A stretch of DNA of 64,000 nt, taken from the NCBI GenBank assembly GCA_965218095.1, contig OZ244587.1, forward strand, positions 5,376,001 to 5,440,000, read 5' to 3'. Below the pieces are notes generated by a model, which saw only the letters and a list, made by a program, of their open reading frames with translations, searched no databases and was not told where the DNA came from. Shown here piece by piece: positions 11,849 through 21,934 of the stretch. Positions within the stretch are counted from its first letter, which is position 1. Each line of letters begins with the position of its first letter. This DNA is from Candidatus Poribacteria bacterium (GTDB taxonomy: Bacteria > Poribacteria > WGA-4E > PCPOR2b). The position numbers were made by a program, and so were the translations under genes.

Positions 11849-12000
11849 TGAACATCATTGGGAGTGTTTCTCTGGTGGGGACACTTCTATGCAATATCAA
11901 GTAAGGTCAATGGGGAATCCTCGGACTCCCCTTTTACATAGGCATAACAAGAACCAACCTACACAACCAAAATGTAGATTACATACCGAAAGGAGTTATC

Positions 12001-12447
12001 ATGAAAACAATGCGTTTCCAATTTCTGTATCGTATCATGCTATTTGCCACAATCATCGGCATAATATATTGTGCAGGATGTGATGTCATTAATGAAATTA
12101 TTACCGCCCCAGATGAGCCGTCCAATGGCGATGCCGTTGATGATCAATCAATTATTGCAGATATGCCCATCAAAAAGATAGAAGTGCTGCTTGCGGAGAG
12201 TGACCCCGTTCAAGTTACCATTCTAGTTGTTGGGTATCTATCGGATAGTTGTACCGCACACCACGAGACACACCACGAGCAGGAAGGAAACACGATTACT
12301 ATCCAGATGACAACCATCCGTCCGGCAGATGCGGTTTGTGCAGCAATTGTAACAGAGCATCAAGCGCAGTTTGCTATTGGGACCCTTCCGGCGGGTGATT
12401 ATAAAGTCATTGTCAACGACGTAGAGCAGGAGTTCCGCGTTGACTGA
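12001..12447 (+). CDS. Hypothetical lipoprotein
   Basis: Lipobox-like CAGC after a hydrophobic stretch; AAGGAG RBS. Confidence 0.75.
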   Translation: MKTMRFQFLYRIMLFATIIGIIYCAGCDVINEIITAPDEPSNGDAVDDQSIIADMPIKKIEVLLAESDPVQVTILVVGYLSDSCTAHHETHHEQEGNTITIQMTTIRPADAVCAAIVTEHQAQFAIGTLPAGDYKVIVNDVEQEFRVD

Positions 12448-12460
12448 TATGATGTTCTTC

Positions 12461-12490
12461 CGACAGAGGTTCACTAGTGAACCTCTGTCG
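12461..12490. repeat. Perfect 30-bp palindrome (hairpin/REP-like, possibly a terminator)
   Basis: CGACAGAGGTTCACTAGTGAACCTCTGTCG. Confidence 0.8.
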
Positions 12491-12847
12491 TTGCCAATCT
12501 TAAAAGTTCAGCCGATACAAAAGTGCCACTCCGTATTGGGCTGGAAAGCCCAACCTCCGAATTATTGACATTTTACAGATTGCTAATTGCCGACAGCGAA
12601 ATGTCAACATGCCCTAATAACTGAGTTAATTGATCTTCATACATATCAAAATCTCCAATGTCAACAGCGTGGGTCCATATCGTCAATCGACTTCATAAGC
12701 TTAAATGATACTACAGTCCAAACAGATTATCAATTGACGCGGGCTATATTGGACGCCTTGAGTCGTGCGTCCAATGAAACTAAAAGGGGTGAATGTCATT
12801 AGGCTATATATGGACAGCCAAATGTCCAGCCTGATGAACAACCTGCT

Positions 12848-13201
12848 TCATCCGTCACGACCGCACAAATTGACCAGATGCAATCGGAAATTCAACATCT
12901 CCGAGAAGTACTTGACAGCGGCAACCGCAATCGAGATTGTAGACGGCGATTTACCTTCAGCATCGAGCGTGGCAACGTAGACCGCCATCACCTCATCGGA
13001 TAAATCCTCCAACGAAAGCCCCGTTTCAGAAAGCCACTGTCCACACCTATCCCATGCCCCCTGATAGGATCACCTCGAATTGACCGACAACGCTTCCCAT
13101 GCTGCCGCTATTCTGATTCTATCACTATCGCTTATCGTCAATGCCCCAGCATCTTGACCAACGGGTTGGCTTTGCCTATCAGTCCTAACTAAATCGTTCA
13201 T
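12848..13201 (-). pseudogene. N-terminal (core-binding) remnant of a Cre-like tyrosine recombinase
   Basis: Manual translation MNDLVRTD...ALSVNSR*SYQGAWDR...LSDEVMAVYVATLDAEGKSPSTISIAVAAVK resembles LTDALLATYITELYQQGKSPATIAQVVAAAQ of the 14 kb recombinase; internal TGA, no catalytic domain. Confidence 0.7.
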
Positions 13202-13542
13202 CATCTATCCTCCAATCTCGTTATTTTGCGTGTCTTATCAATGACAAAAATCTCATTGCGAAACTGATCAGAGAGTAAGCTAATAGTCTCCCAACCCGTA
13301 GGCTCCCTATCCGCGACAAACACAGCATTTTTTTCCTCGCTGCATTCTAAGCGAATAGCCTCATAGACAGCTCCCCCTCGACTGTGTATCTCATTCCAAA
13401 GAGACACGCCGCTATCCCCCGTCCCGTAACGTCCCAAACTCACTACTAATACCCAACTATTCAAGCATTTTATCACGCTTGCTCTGCCCCTGCTGGCTAA
13501 TTCAATCGCCTTCCTGCCCTGTTTATTGTTGATAGTAATCAT
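13201..13542 (-). CDS. Hypothetical protein
   Basis: ORF with upstream GAGGA; TGATG overlap with the recombinase remnant suggests coupling. Confidence 0.5.
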   Translation of the reverse strand: MITINNKQGRKAIELASRGRASVIKCLNSWVLVVSLGRYGTGDSGVSLWNEIHSRGGAVYEAIRLECSEEKNAVFVADREPTGWETISLLSDQFRNEIFVIDKTRKITRLEDR

Positions 13543-13888
13543 ATTTCCTCGTAAAGACAGGGCGGGGAAACAAAGGCAGCGTAAAGCCGAAAAAGAACGA
13601 TTTAATCGCTACATAGAGAGGCTGGAGAAAGTCATCGGGGATACGCCAGACAAGAGAATCAAGAACGACGACTATAAAACGGAGATCAGCACCATAGAAC
13701 ATTTCTTAGAGAAGGACTTGCTTACTGAACGATAGAGAGAGCACGTCCAAGAGATTTTGAAACGCGTTGTGGTATAGAAATAAATCTCCCTAGATTATGA
13801 AGGTAAATGATGATTGATCAGATTCAGACTTCAACAAGTGAAATTCGTAGGCCATTAAACAATGCTAATTTATCACTAAACGCAGTCA

Positions 13889-13918
13889 TTGACAAGCGTT
13901 TTGTCCGTATGCTATAAT
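13889..13918 (+). promoter_or_regulatory. Consensus sigma-70 promoter for the recombinase
   Basis: TTGACA (13889-13894), 18 nt, TG-C-TATAAT (13913-13918). Confidence 0.7.
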
Positions 13919-13923
13919 GTTCG

Positions 13924-14844
13924 ATAATTCCAGTTACACGACAACAGAACGAAACGGGGCTGGTTATCGGGACCGAGACGAAAGAGTTAATCCAGTCCAG
14001 CATAGCAGATAGCACACTCAGGAGATACCAGAAGTTATCGGAGCAGATAGAAGCATGGCTCAGTGGTCAGATATTGACTGACGCGCTTTTGGCAACATAC
14101 ATCACGGAGCTTTACCAGCAAGGCAAATCCCCTGCAACGATCGCCCAGGTGGTCGCCGCGGCGCAGTGGTTGGCAAAGAATCATGGCGTCGAGGTCGTTA
14201 GTGAGATCACCATTAAAACATTGGCAGATATCCGCCGTGAAGGGAAGGCACGCGGTCGAGGGCAGGTCGAAGGTATAGTCTGGTCCGAGGTGGATCGGGT
14301 CTGCGCGTTTGCGGAATCGGACAATTCCATCGCGGGGCTGAGGGACGCCGCGTTGATTCGGCTCATGAGCGATTGTCTCTTACGTGTCAGTGAAGCGGTC
14401 GCGGTCAACTGTGGCGCCTTCAAAAAGAATACGCTGTTGATTGTGTCCAGTAAGACCGATCAGGAAGGACGGGGCGAAGCACTATATGTCGGTGACTCTA
14501 CCCTCAAACTGATAAGGCGGTATCGGTCGAAGGCAGGTATTGAACGGGGAGCGTTGTTTCGGCGTATCCGCCGGGGCGATCATGTAACCAGTGAGCGGTT
14601 GACTCCTACCAGCGCGAGGCGAATTATCAAAGCACGGGCGGAGGCTGCTGGGGTCAATGGTTTCATCTCTGGGCACTCCCTTCGGGTCGGCTCTGCGGTC
14701 TCGCTGGCACAAGCTGGGGCGTCGGTCGTCGATATGCAGACAGCGGGGCGGTGGAAAGACCCCAAAATGCCATCTCACTATGCGAAAGCCGAGTTAGCGG
14801 AACGGGGCGCAATTGCCCGGTTCAGATATGGTAAAGGTAGGTAA
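13924..14844 (+). CDS. Cre-like tyrosine recombinase (start uncertain; frame open from 13918, track start TTG 14074)
   Basis: RDAALI..LLRVSE, SKTDQEG, SGHSLRVG, AGRW, HY catalytic set; upstream frame SIADSTLRRYQ resembles a core-binding helix. Confidence 0.88.
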   Translation: MIPVTRQQNETGLVIGTETKELIQSSIADSTLRRYQKLSEQIEAWLSGQILTDALLATYITELYQQGKSPATIAQVVAAAQWLAKNHGVEVVSEITIKTLADIRREGKARGRGQVEGIVWSEVDRVCAFAESDNSIAGLRDAALIRLMSDCLLRVSEAVAVNCGAFKKNTLLIVSSKTDQEGRGEALYVGDSTLKLIRRYRSKAGIERGALFRRIRRGDHVTSERLTPTSARRIIKARAEAAGVNGFISGHSLRVGSAVSLAQAGASVVDMQTAGRWKDPKMPSHYAKAELAERGAIARFRYGKGR

Positions 14845-14849
14845 AACTG

Positions 14850-15074
14850 ATGGCAATTGACTGGGCAGGTATCAACTGGAAGAAAGGCTTCAACCGTCTT
14901 TGGTTATTCATCTCTGTTGTTATAGGTGTGATAATGTTCATTTACGTGTATTCTATATCTCCTGAAGAGGCCCCCCTCGTCGCTATCGTGTATTTTGTGA
15001 TAGTGTTCATTGGGGGACATGTCACATTTCGGGTTTTCCTTTGGATTATCAAAGGGTTTCGAGACAAAAGGTAA
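14850..15074 (+). CDS. Small two-TM membrane protein
   Basis: WKKGFNRLW, two TM helices, WIIKGFRDK; 5 nt after recombinase stop. Confidence 0.7.
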   Translation: MAIDWAGINWKKGFNRLWLFISVVIGVIMFIYVYSISPEEAPLVAIVYFVIVFIGGHVTFRVFLWIIKGFRDKR

Positions 15075-15279
15075 ACGTTGGGCCGATATATGGTGGAATC
15101 CACGAAACACCTGTGCTTTGCGATTGCCTCTAATTACGTGCATCTCGGTGCAATTTTTCGCCCATATTTACATGAATTTTCGGTAATTTTTGTAACAATG
15201 TAATTTCTGAATTAACCGCTACATAGGGAGTCATGGCGTGTAGTTGAGGTCAAAACCACACTCACTAGAGATTTTCATG

Positions 15280-16109
15280 TCAACGGAGCCATATAAGAGT
15301 GGAGACAAAGCTGAGAAATCCAAAATAACGGACAGCTAACTTCTCGAACCGAGAGAAGATGCGGCGATACCATTTTATCTTGTTAATGAAACATTCAACC
15401 AGATGTCTCTCAGATGTCTCTCAGATGTCTCTCTTTGTACAGATGTTTGTCGTAATCTCTTTGATCCACACGATGACTTTTTGGCGGTATCACCGCAATC
15501 GCTCCATTCGCCTCAATAACCGCGATAAAATTGTCGGAGTCATATCCCTTGTCTCCAATCACATACTCGCTTTTATATCCAAGTATCAACGCTTCTGCTT
15601 CCGCTATGTCGTTCCTTTGACCGGGCGTCAGATGTATTCTTAGGGGATTACCCAGGCCGTCAACTGTGATGTGAATTTTTGTACTGAATCCCCCGCGAGA
15701 GCAGCCTAACGCTTGGTTTTCAGTGCCACCCTTTTTTTTAAGGCGCCCGCCGCACACGGGTGCGCTCGAATGATTGTACTGTCCACAATAAGCGACTCGA
15801 TATCGGGGTCAGAGGCGAAGTGGTGGTGGATCTGTGTGAAGACCCCTTTGTCGCACCACCGAGCAAAACGCTTGTAGAGGGTGTTCCATTTACCATAGGT
15901 GTCTGGCAGAAGTCTCCATTGAGCACCGCTACGGGTCGCCCAGAGAACCGCTTCGATAAAGCGGCGTGTTATCGCTTCGTTGCCAACATAGATGTTGGGA
16001 CAAGTTAGAAGAAACGAGTATATCTTATTCCATTGGTCATCGGGTAAGGTTATTGGCATCATTCTTCTATTATGCCACAACCTTATACTCAAATGTCAAC
16101 AGAACCTAG
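15280..16109 (-). mobile_element. IS5-family element, defective copy (two-ORF frameshift type; distal TIR degenerate)
   Basis: AAATGTCAACAGAACCTAG end; RSGAQWRLLP, VDSTIIRAH, GDKGYDS; A8 slippery run; 11-bp triplication at 15401-15433. Confidence 0.9.
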
Positions 16110-16999
16110 TGTAGCGCAACACCAATCTCTCGTGCAACATGCCGGATATATTGTTGAGCGGCGATAGTGTCTTCGTATGGGAAGTGTTCAACCCACACCG
16201 TGACATCGTGTTCTAATTCACCTAGCCGTCGAAGGATCATCGCATAGTCCATACCGCCTGTTCCTGGAACCGCTTCGTCTAAGTGAACCACTGATAAACG
16301 CCCGCCGTTCGGCTTCACCCCCGACATCGTCACATCTTTCGCGTGGAGTGCGGTGATTTTATCACTCAGCTCATCAAAAATCTGATTTACCAATTCCGTG
16401 GTTCTGAAGAACATGTGGGGCCATGTCAGATTCACAGGATCCATCAGCGCCTTCAGTCGAGGTGAGGGAACTGCTTCAAAAAGTGCTTTGTACCGCTCGA
16501 CAGAACCGACGGGTGTCACAATATGAGGGTGTACAGCGACATCCACCTGAAACTTCTCCGCAAAAGTGACCAATTCCTCTGTAGCAGCGATACATCGCTC
16601 CCATGTCTCCTCAGACCATATTTCGGGGGTGGTTTCATCACGCTCAATGAAAGTTTTTGAGAATTCTTCATCCCAAACGCCTCCATCGAGGATCGCAAGT
16701 CCAACGCAGTGAGCACCCAGGATGTGGGCGTGGCGTAGTTGGCGGCGATGATGTTCGAGGGCTGCCTGGTAATCGTCCACCTTCGCCGAACCAAACCCGT
16801 TGTGGAACCCACTAAACTCACCGACCCGAATGCCGTGATCGTCGAGGAACCGTTTGGCTTCCTCAACATCTGCATCGCTCCAATCGGCGGGTGTGGACAT
16901 AGAAACGGTTTTCACCTCCATGATTCCGACTTTGTGAAGAAATGCTGCCCGCTCCTCTGTTGTCTTTCCTACATGTATCGCCGGACTCATCAGAATCAT
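16106..16999 (-). CDS. Sugar phosphate isomerase/epimerase (xylose isomerase-like TIM barrel), paralogue 1
   Basis: MDPVN, LHAKD, PGTGGMDY, VEH; GGAGG RBS before ATG 16999. Confidence 0.9.
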   Translation of the reverse strand: MILMSPAIHVGKTTEERAAFLHKVGIMEVKTVSMSTPADWSDADVEEAKRFLDDHGIRVGEFSGFHNGFGSAKVDDYQAALEHHRRQLRHAHILGAHCVGLAILDGGVWDEEFSKTFIERDETTPEIWSEETWERCIAATEELVTFAEKFQVDVAVHPHIVTPVGSVERYKALFEAVPSPRLKALMDPVNLTWPHMFFRTTELVNQIFDELSDKITALHAKDVTMSGVKPNGGRLSVVHLDEAVPGTGGMDYAMILRRLGELEHDVTVWVEHFPYEDTIAAQQYIRHVAREIGVALH

Positions 17000-17089
17000 C
17001 TGACACCTCCTAACACCAATTCTGAATGACAATCAAGCATAACCTTTTCCTTCCGCTCCAATGCTGCATTTTTATTCAGAAACGGTATA

Positions 17090-17330
17090 ATTGCTCTGTT
17101 AAATAAGTTATGAGTAGTTGGGATAAAAGCGAGAGAACTTATCTCTTGTCTTATTAATGCTGAATTGCCAATCTACCTTAATCCGCTTTTGGTTGCGTCT
17201 ATTGACGCAGGCTTGTACCTCTCGCTGTAGGGTTTGTTTATCACCAATCCTTCGATTGAGGCATTGTCGGCTTATCGCTGACAGTTCAATCTCAGCCATA
17301 TTTAACCATGAGCCATTGGTTGGCTATAGT
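17090..17330 (-). mobile_element. IS630-family transposase 3' remnant
   Basis: GSWLNMAEIELSAISRQCLNRRI...VDWQF. Confidence 0.85.
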
Positions 17331-17344
17331 GCATCTCAAATCTC

Positions 17345-17529
17345 TTAGTTAGCTTCAACGCCAATTCTGCATTGAATTCCTGAAAGGTCAGCGTGGCAAG
17401 CATGCCGTCGCCGTTGCTCACCCCGGCAAGAGATGCTGCTGCAAGCGTCACGCGATTTCCAGCGACACCCGGTGGCACAAAGAACGCGCCCGCTGGAGGG
17501 CGAAATGCTCACAGTGGCGTTCGCGTTGG
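17345..17529 (-). pseudogene. Frameshifted cohesin-like tail of the WD40 gene
   Basis: Shifted frames read [11 protein letters not shown] and AGAFFVPPGVAGNRVTLAAASLAGVSNGDGMLATLTF. Confidence 0.6.
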
Positions 17530-19404
17530 CTAAAGGAGCTCCCACAGGAGCACCGTGCCGTCCTCACTTCCACTTGCAAGCGTCGCTCCATCCGGACTGA
17601 ACGATACGCTCAAGACCGGACCCGTATGCCCTGTGAGGTTTTTTTTGTGTGCGCCCGTGACCGCATCCCACAGGCGGATAGTCTTGTCCCTACCCCCACT
17701 TGCAAGCGTCGTCCCATCCGGACTGAACGATACGCTAGTGACCGAACCCGTATGCCCCGTGAGGGTGTTTTTGTGTGTGCCCGTGACCGCATCCCACAGG
17801 CGGATGGTCTTGTCATCACTCCCACTTGCCAGCGTCGCCCCATCCGGGCTGAACACAATGCTCTCAACCCCATGCCCCGTGAGGTTTTTTTTGTGCACGC
17901 CCGTGACGGCATCCCACAGGCGGATGGTCTTGTCATCACTCCCACTTGCCAGCGTCGCCCCATCCGGACTGAACGATACGCTAGTGACCGAACCCGTATG
18001 CCCTGTGAGGTTTTTTTTGTGCGCACCCGTGACGGCATCCCACAGGCGGATGGCACCGTCCCCACTCCCACTTGCCAGCGTCGCCCCATCGGGACTGAAC
18101 GATACGCTCCAGACCCAATCCGTATACCCCGTGAGCGTGTTTTTGTGTGCGCCCGTGACCGCGTCCCACAGGCGGATGGTGCCGTCAGTACTCCCGCTTG
18201 CTAGCGTCGCCCCATCCGGACTGAACGATACGCTATTGACCTCCCAGATCACAAACGACGTATGCCTCGTGAGGTTTTTTTTGTGTGCGCCCGTGACCGC
18301 GTCCCACAGGCGGATGGTGCCCTCCCAACTCCTACTTGCCAGCGTCGCCCCATCCGGACTGAACGATACGCTAGTGACCGAACCCGTATGCCCCGTGAGG
18401 TTTTTTTTGTGTGCGCCCGTGACGGCATCCCACAGGCGGATGGTCTCGTCCCTACCCCCACTTGCAAGCGTCGCTCCATCCGGACTGAACGATACGCTCA
18501 AGACCGGACCCGTATGCCCCGTGAGGTTTTTTTTGTGTGCGCCCGTGACGGCATCCCACAGGCGGATGGTCTTGTCATCACTCCCACTTGCCAGCGTTGC
18601 CCCATCCGGACTGAACGATACGCTAGTGACCCAATCCGTATGCCCTGTGAGGTTTTTTTTGTGTGCGCCCGTGACGGCATCCCACAGGCGGATGGTCTTG
18701 TCCCTACCCCCACTTGTCAGCGTCACCCCATCGGGGCTGAACGATACGCTCAAGACCTCCCGGATCGCAAACGACGTATGCCTCGTGAGGTTTTTTTTGT
18801 GTGCGCCCGTGACGGCATCCCACAGGCGGATGGCGCCGTCCCCACTCCCACTTGCCAGCGTCGCCCCATCCGGACTGAACGATACGCTAGTGACCGAACC
18901 CGTATGCTCCGTGAGGTTTTTTTTGTGTGCGCCCGTGACGGCATCCCACAGGCGGATGGCGCCGTCCGAACTCCCACTAGCAAGCGTCACCCCATCGGGG
19001 CTGAACGATACGCTAGTGACCGAACCCGTATGCCCTGTGAGGGTGTTTTTGTGTGCGCCCGTGACGGCATCCCACAGGCGGATGGTCTTGTCCCAACCCC
19101 CACTTGCCAGCGTCGCCCCATCCGGACTGAACGATACGCTATAGACCCTATCCGTATGCCCCGTGAGCAGGGCGATCTCTTGATGGGTCGCCATATCATA
19201 GAGCCAAATGCCGATGGAACTGCCGACCGCGAGACGAGCACCGTTGGGGGAATACGCGATATTACCAGATATCGAGCCTTTGCCGATGCGCGTTGTGGCG
19301 CCTTCGGGTAAACCCCATTCCGTGTAATCTTGGGCGAAGCTAGTTGGTAGAAACAGGCTAGAAACAAAAAGGATGGTTAAAATGGAAAATAACGTGGTTT
19401 TCAT
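17530..19404 (-). CDS. Secreted WD40-repeat beta-propeller protein
   Basis: Signal peptide [12 protein letters not shown]; [12 protein letters not shown]; 13 near-identical [25 protein letters not shown] repeats plus one divergent blade; GGAG RBS. Confidence 0.95.
   Translation of the reverse strand: MKTTLFSILTILFVSSLFLPTSFAQDYTEWGLPEGATTRIGKGSISGNIAYSPNGARLAVGSSIGIWLYDMATHQEIALLTGHTDRVYSVSFSPDGATLASGGWDKTIRLWDAVTGAHKNTLTGHTGSVTSVSFSPDGVTLASGSSDGAIRLWDAVTGAHKKNLTEHTGSVTSVSFSPDGATLASGSGDGAIRLWDAVTGAHKKNLTRHTSFAIREVLSVSFSPDGVTLTSGGRDKTIRLWDAVTGAHKKNLTGHTDWVTSVSFSPDGATLASGSDDKTIRLWDAVTGAHKKNLTGHTGPVLSVSFSPDGATLASGGRDETIRLWDAVTGAHKKNLTGHTGSVTSVSFSPDGATLASRSWEGTIRLWDAVTGAHKKNLTRHTSFVIWEVNSVSFSPDGATLASGSTDGTIRLWDAVTGAHKNTLTGYTDWVWSVSFSPDGATLASGSGDGAIRLWDAVTGAHKKNLTGHTGSVTSVSFSPDGATLASGSDDKTIRLWDAVTGVHKKNLTGHGVESIVFSPDGATLASGSDDKTIRLWDAVTGTHKNTLTGHTGSVTSVSFSPDGTTLASGGRDKTIRLWDAVTGAHKKNLTGHTGPVLSVSFSPDGATLASGSEDGTVLLWELL
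17540..19170. repeat. Tandem ~126-bp coding repeats (WD40)
   Basis: Recurring GCCCGTGACGGCATCCCACAGGCGGATGG and GGACTGAACGATACGCT units. Confidence 0.95.
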
Positions 19405-19708
19405 TAGATTCACTCCTTTTTTTGGGGTTCCGGCATTTATTGAAATCCTGTAAACCCTTATCAATACTGAATTCTTCAATTTTTGACAACCCGATGGAAT
19501 CGTGGATTTTATTCGAGTTGCGCCAAAAAACGGTGTTTTTGGCTCCTTGAATTTCATCGCTAGTTCCTCCTTCTAACTGCACTGTGAATTCAGTTTTGGC
19601 GAATGGGATTCAAACCCTTGTAGAATCGGCGTTTTATGCCCTATGGCTTCTTGTTGTCAGAATCTATTTCACGCTGCAATAACCTTATATGAATTAAAAG
19701 ACTGACCA

Positions 19709-20593
19709 CTAATGTAAGATTACACCAATCTCTCGCCCCACATGCCGGATATATTGCTGAGCGGCAATGGTGTCTGGCTCCGAGAAGTGTTCCACATTCA
19801 CCGTGACATCGTGTTCTAGTTCATCTAGCCGTCGAAGGATCGTCGCATAGTCCATACCGCCTTTTCCCGGAGGCGTTTCGTCTACGCGACTGATAATGCT
19901 TATGGGCCGGGCTGACCACATCGTCACATCTTTCGCGTGGAGTGCGGTGATTTTATCCCCCAGCTCATCGAAAATCTGATTCACCAGCTCCGTGGTTCTG
20001 AAGAACATCTGGGGCCATGTGAGATTCACAGGATCCATCAGCGCCTTCAGTCGAGGTGAGGGAACTGCCTCAAAAAGCGCTTTGTACCGCTCCACAGAGC
20101 CGAGCGGGGTGATAATGTGGGGGTGCATGGCAATGTCCATCTGAAACGCCTCGGCAGAAGGGATTAATTCCTCTACGGCAGCGATGCATCGCCGCCACGT
20201 CTCCTCAGACCACATTTGGGGCGTGGTTTCATCACGCTCGGCGAAAGTTTTTGGTAATTCTTCATTCCAAATGCCTCCGTCGAGGATCGCGACGCCGGCG
20301 CAGTGGGCGCCTAAGATGTGAGCATGGCGCAGTTGACGGCGATGGTGTTCGAGGGCTGCTTGGTAATCGTCCGCCTCCGCCGAGCCAAACCCGTTGTGGA
20401 ACCCACTAAACTCACCGACCCGGATGCCGTGGTCATCGAGGAACCGCTTAGCTTCCTCAACATCCGCATCGCTCCAGTCGGCAGGTGTGGACATGGAAAC
20501 GGTTTTCACCTCCATGATTCCGGCTTTGCGGAGGAACGCCTTCCGCTCCCGTGTCGTCTTTCCTAGACGTATGGCGGGACTCATCAGAATCAT
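19709..20593 (-). CDS. Sugar phosphate isomerase/epimerase TIM barrel, paralogue 2
   Basis: Long identical stretches with 16106-16999 (e.g. MEVKTVSMSTPADWSDADVEEAKRFLDDHGIRVGEFSGFHNGFGSA). Confidence 0.9.
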   Translation of the reverse strand: MILMSPAIRLGKTTRERKAFLRKAGIMEVKTVSMSTPADWSDADVEEAKRFLDDHGIRVGEFSGFHNGFGSAEADDYQAALEHHRRQLRHAHILGAHCAGVAILDGGIWNEELPKTFAERDETTPQMWSEETWRRCIAAVEELIPSAEAFQMDIAMHPHIITPLGSVERYKALFEAVPSPRLKALMDPVNLTWPQMFFRTTELVNQIFDELGDKITALHAKDVTMWSARPISIISRVDETPPGKGGMDYATILRRLDELEHDVTVNVEHFSEPDTIAAQQYIRHVGREIGVILH

Positions 20594-20719
20594 CTGACTC
20601 CTCCTAATCCGTTAAGGTTTGTGGAGTACGCCAACGAGATCGGGCATCTACAGTTTGAGCAGTTTGAGCGCAACTGCTTGCATCCCGATCTATCGGGGCG
20701 AACATACCAAGAATCGGGA

Positions 20720-20747
20720 GTAGAGACACGATGTGTCGCATCCCTAC
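20720..20747. repeat. REP-like GTAG...CTAC palindrome
   Basis: GTAGAGACACGATGTGTCGCATCCCTAC. Confidence 0.65.
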
Positions 20748-20829
20748 TGGTTGTCCCCCTTTTGAAAAGGTGGCTTTGCACTCCGAATGAAATGTGAATG
20801 TTAGGTACTAGACTTAAACGAAAACTGGC

Positions 20830-20893
20830 AAAAAAAAAGCCTCCTGATGCCGATAGAAGGTGTTACTCTATTCAATCATGAACATCAGGAGGC
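20830..20893 (-). terminator. Probable intrinsic terminator of the LamG gene
   Basis: 11-bp stem GCCTCCTGATG/CATCAGGAGGC (large loop) followed on - strand by T9. Confidence 0.6.
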
Positions 20894-20912
20894 GGATTCT
20901 GAATTAAATAAC

Positions 20913-21934
20913 GATTAAGGGGCACTAAGCAAATTCCCGCATGAAGTCTAATAACCCATCTCAATGCTGCCCCGAGCGGTTGTTAATTCACGTTTGGGAC
21001 TCACCGCGAGCGGTTTGAGGGGCGCGATAGATTCAATGAGTATAGTCCTTCTTGATGCTACCCCAGGTGGTTGATAATTTACTTTTGGGACTCACCGCGA
21101 GCGGTTTGAGGGGAGCATCGGATGGAACAAATTTAGCCTTCCTCAGGAGACCATGGTTTGCGAACTGCGATTCATCATTCGCGATTCTTCCCTCTCCTTC
21201 ATTAAAATGATAGAGAATTATCGTATTATCATCAGCCTCGAATTCTCTTTCTTGTATCGGATAATCCTTGCCAACATATCTGGCGCTGTCAGATAGGCGG
21301 ACTTCGTCAATAATTCCTTCAAATGGCGCAGTCCACCGTACAACATGGCCAACCGTATACGGATGAACAACTGACTTAATCGGTCCTCCGTTGGCCTCCG
21401 CAAAGTCAAGTTTACCATCAACGTGGGTGTACATATTTTCCCCGTCCATGCTGGTAGCAACATGGTGCCAATTGTTCATTGTGACCTTTGCATTACCTTT
21501 CCAGGCCCAGAACCCATTTGCGCCTGTGCCCCAGACCGCGCCTTTATAGATTAGGCCTTCAGACACTTGCGTTTGATAGGAGTCCTGTCTCCCGACGACG
21601 CAAGCGTGGCTGTTGAAGGTGTTTTTTGCTTCCGTTATAAAAATCCAGGCCTCCATTGTTATTCCGTCCACAATAGAGGCGATACTTCCACTGTGCTGTG
21701 CAATGACCATATTATCATCGTTGTCGTTGTTGAATTCAACAGCAAATTGTGGTGGCGCAGCGAATGCACCCCCGGCAATTATGAGTGAAAGCACAAGGGT
21801 TAAGGTTATGCTCAATAAACAGTTTGTGCGCATTTTCTATATCCCTTTCTAAATGTAGTTAAGAGTTGTTGGTAATAAGTTGTGAAGTTGACATGGTTTA
21901 GGGAAGTTAAATTAACGCTTAGTGCCCCTTAATC
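20913..21934. repeat. 18-bp perfect inverted repeat pair enclosing the LamG gene
   Basis: GATTAAGGGGCACTAAGC (20913-20930) / GCTTAGTGCCCCTTAATC (21917-21934). Confidence 0.9.
21033..21833 (-). CDS. Secreted LamG-like jellyroll protein with Poribacteria C-terminal motif
   Basis: ITMEAWI, WHHVA, FEGIIDEVRLS, LAVSPKSKLSTTWGSIK. Confidence 0.9.
   Translation of the reverse strand: MRTNCLLSITLTLVLSLIIAGGAFAAPPQFAVEFNNDNDDNMVIAQHSGSIASIVDGITMEAWIFITEAKNTFNSHACVVGRQDSYQTQVSEGLIYKGAVWGTGANGFWAWKGNAKVTMNNWHHVATSMDGENMYTHVDGKLDFAEANGGPIKSVVHPYTVGHVVRWTAPFEGIIDEVRLSDSARYVGKDYPIQEREFEADDNTIILYHFNEGEGRIANDESQFANHGLLRKAKFVPSDAPLKPLAVSPKSKLSTTWGSIKKDYTH

Noticed and set aside
15228-15252. GAGTCATGGCGTGTAGTTGAGG as a possible IS end
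   Set aside because: No partner end or cognate transposase was found.
17555-19311. Long + strand ORFs (529, 349, 192 aa) and possible CRISPR-like periodicity
   Set aside because: These are shadows of the WD40 coding repeats. The units are ~126-bp in-frame repeats with no unique spacers and no cas genes.
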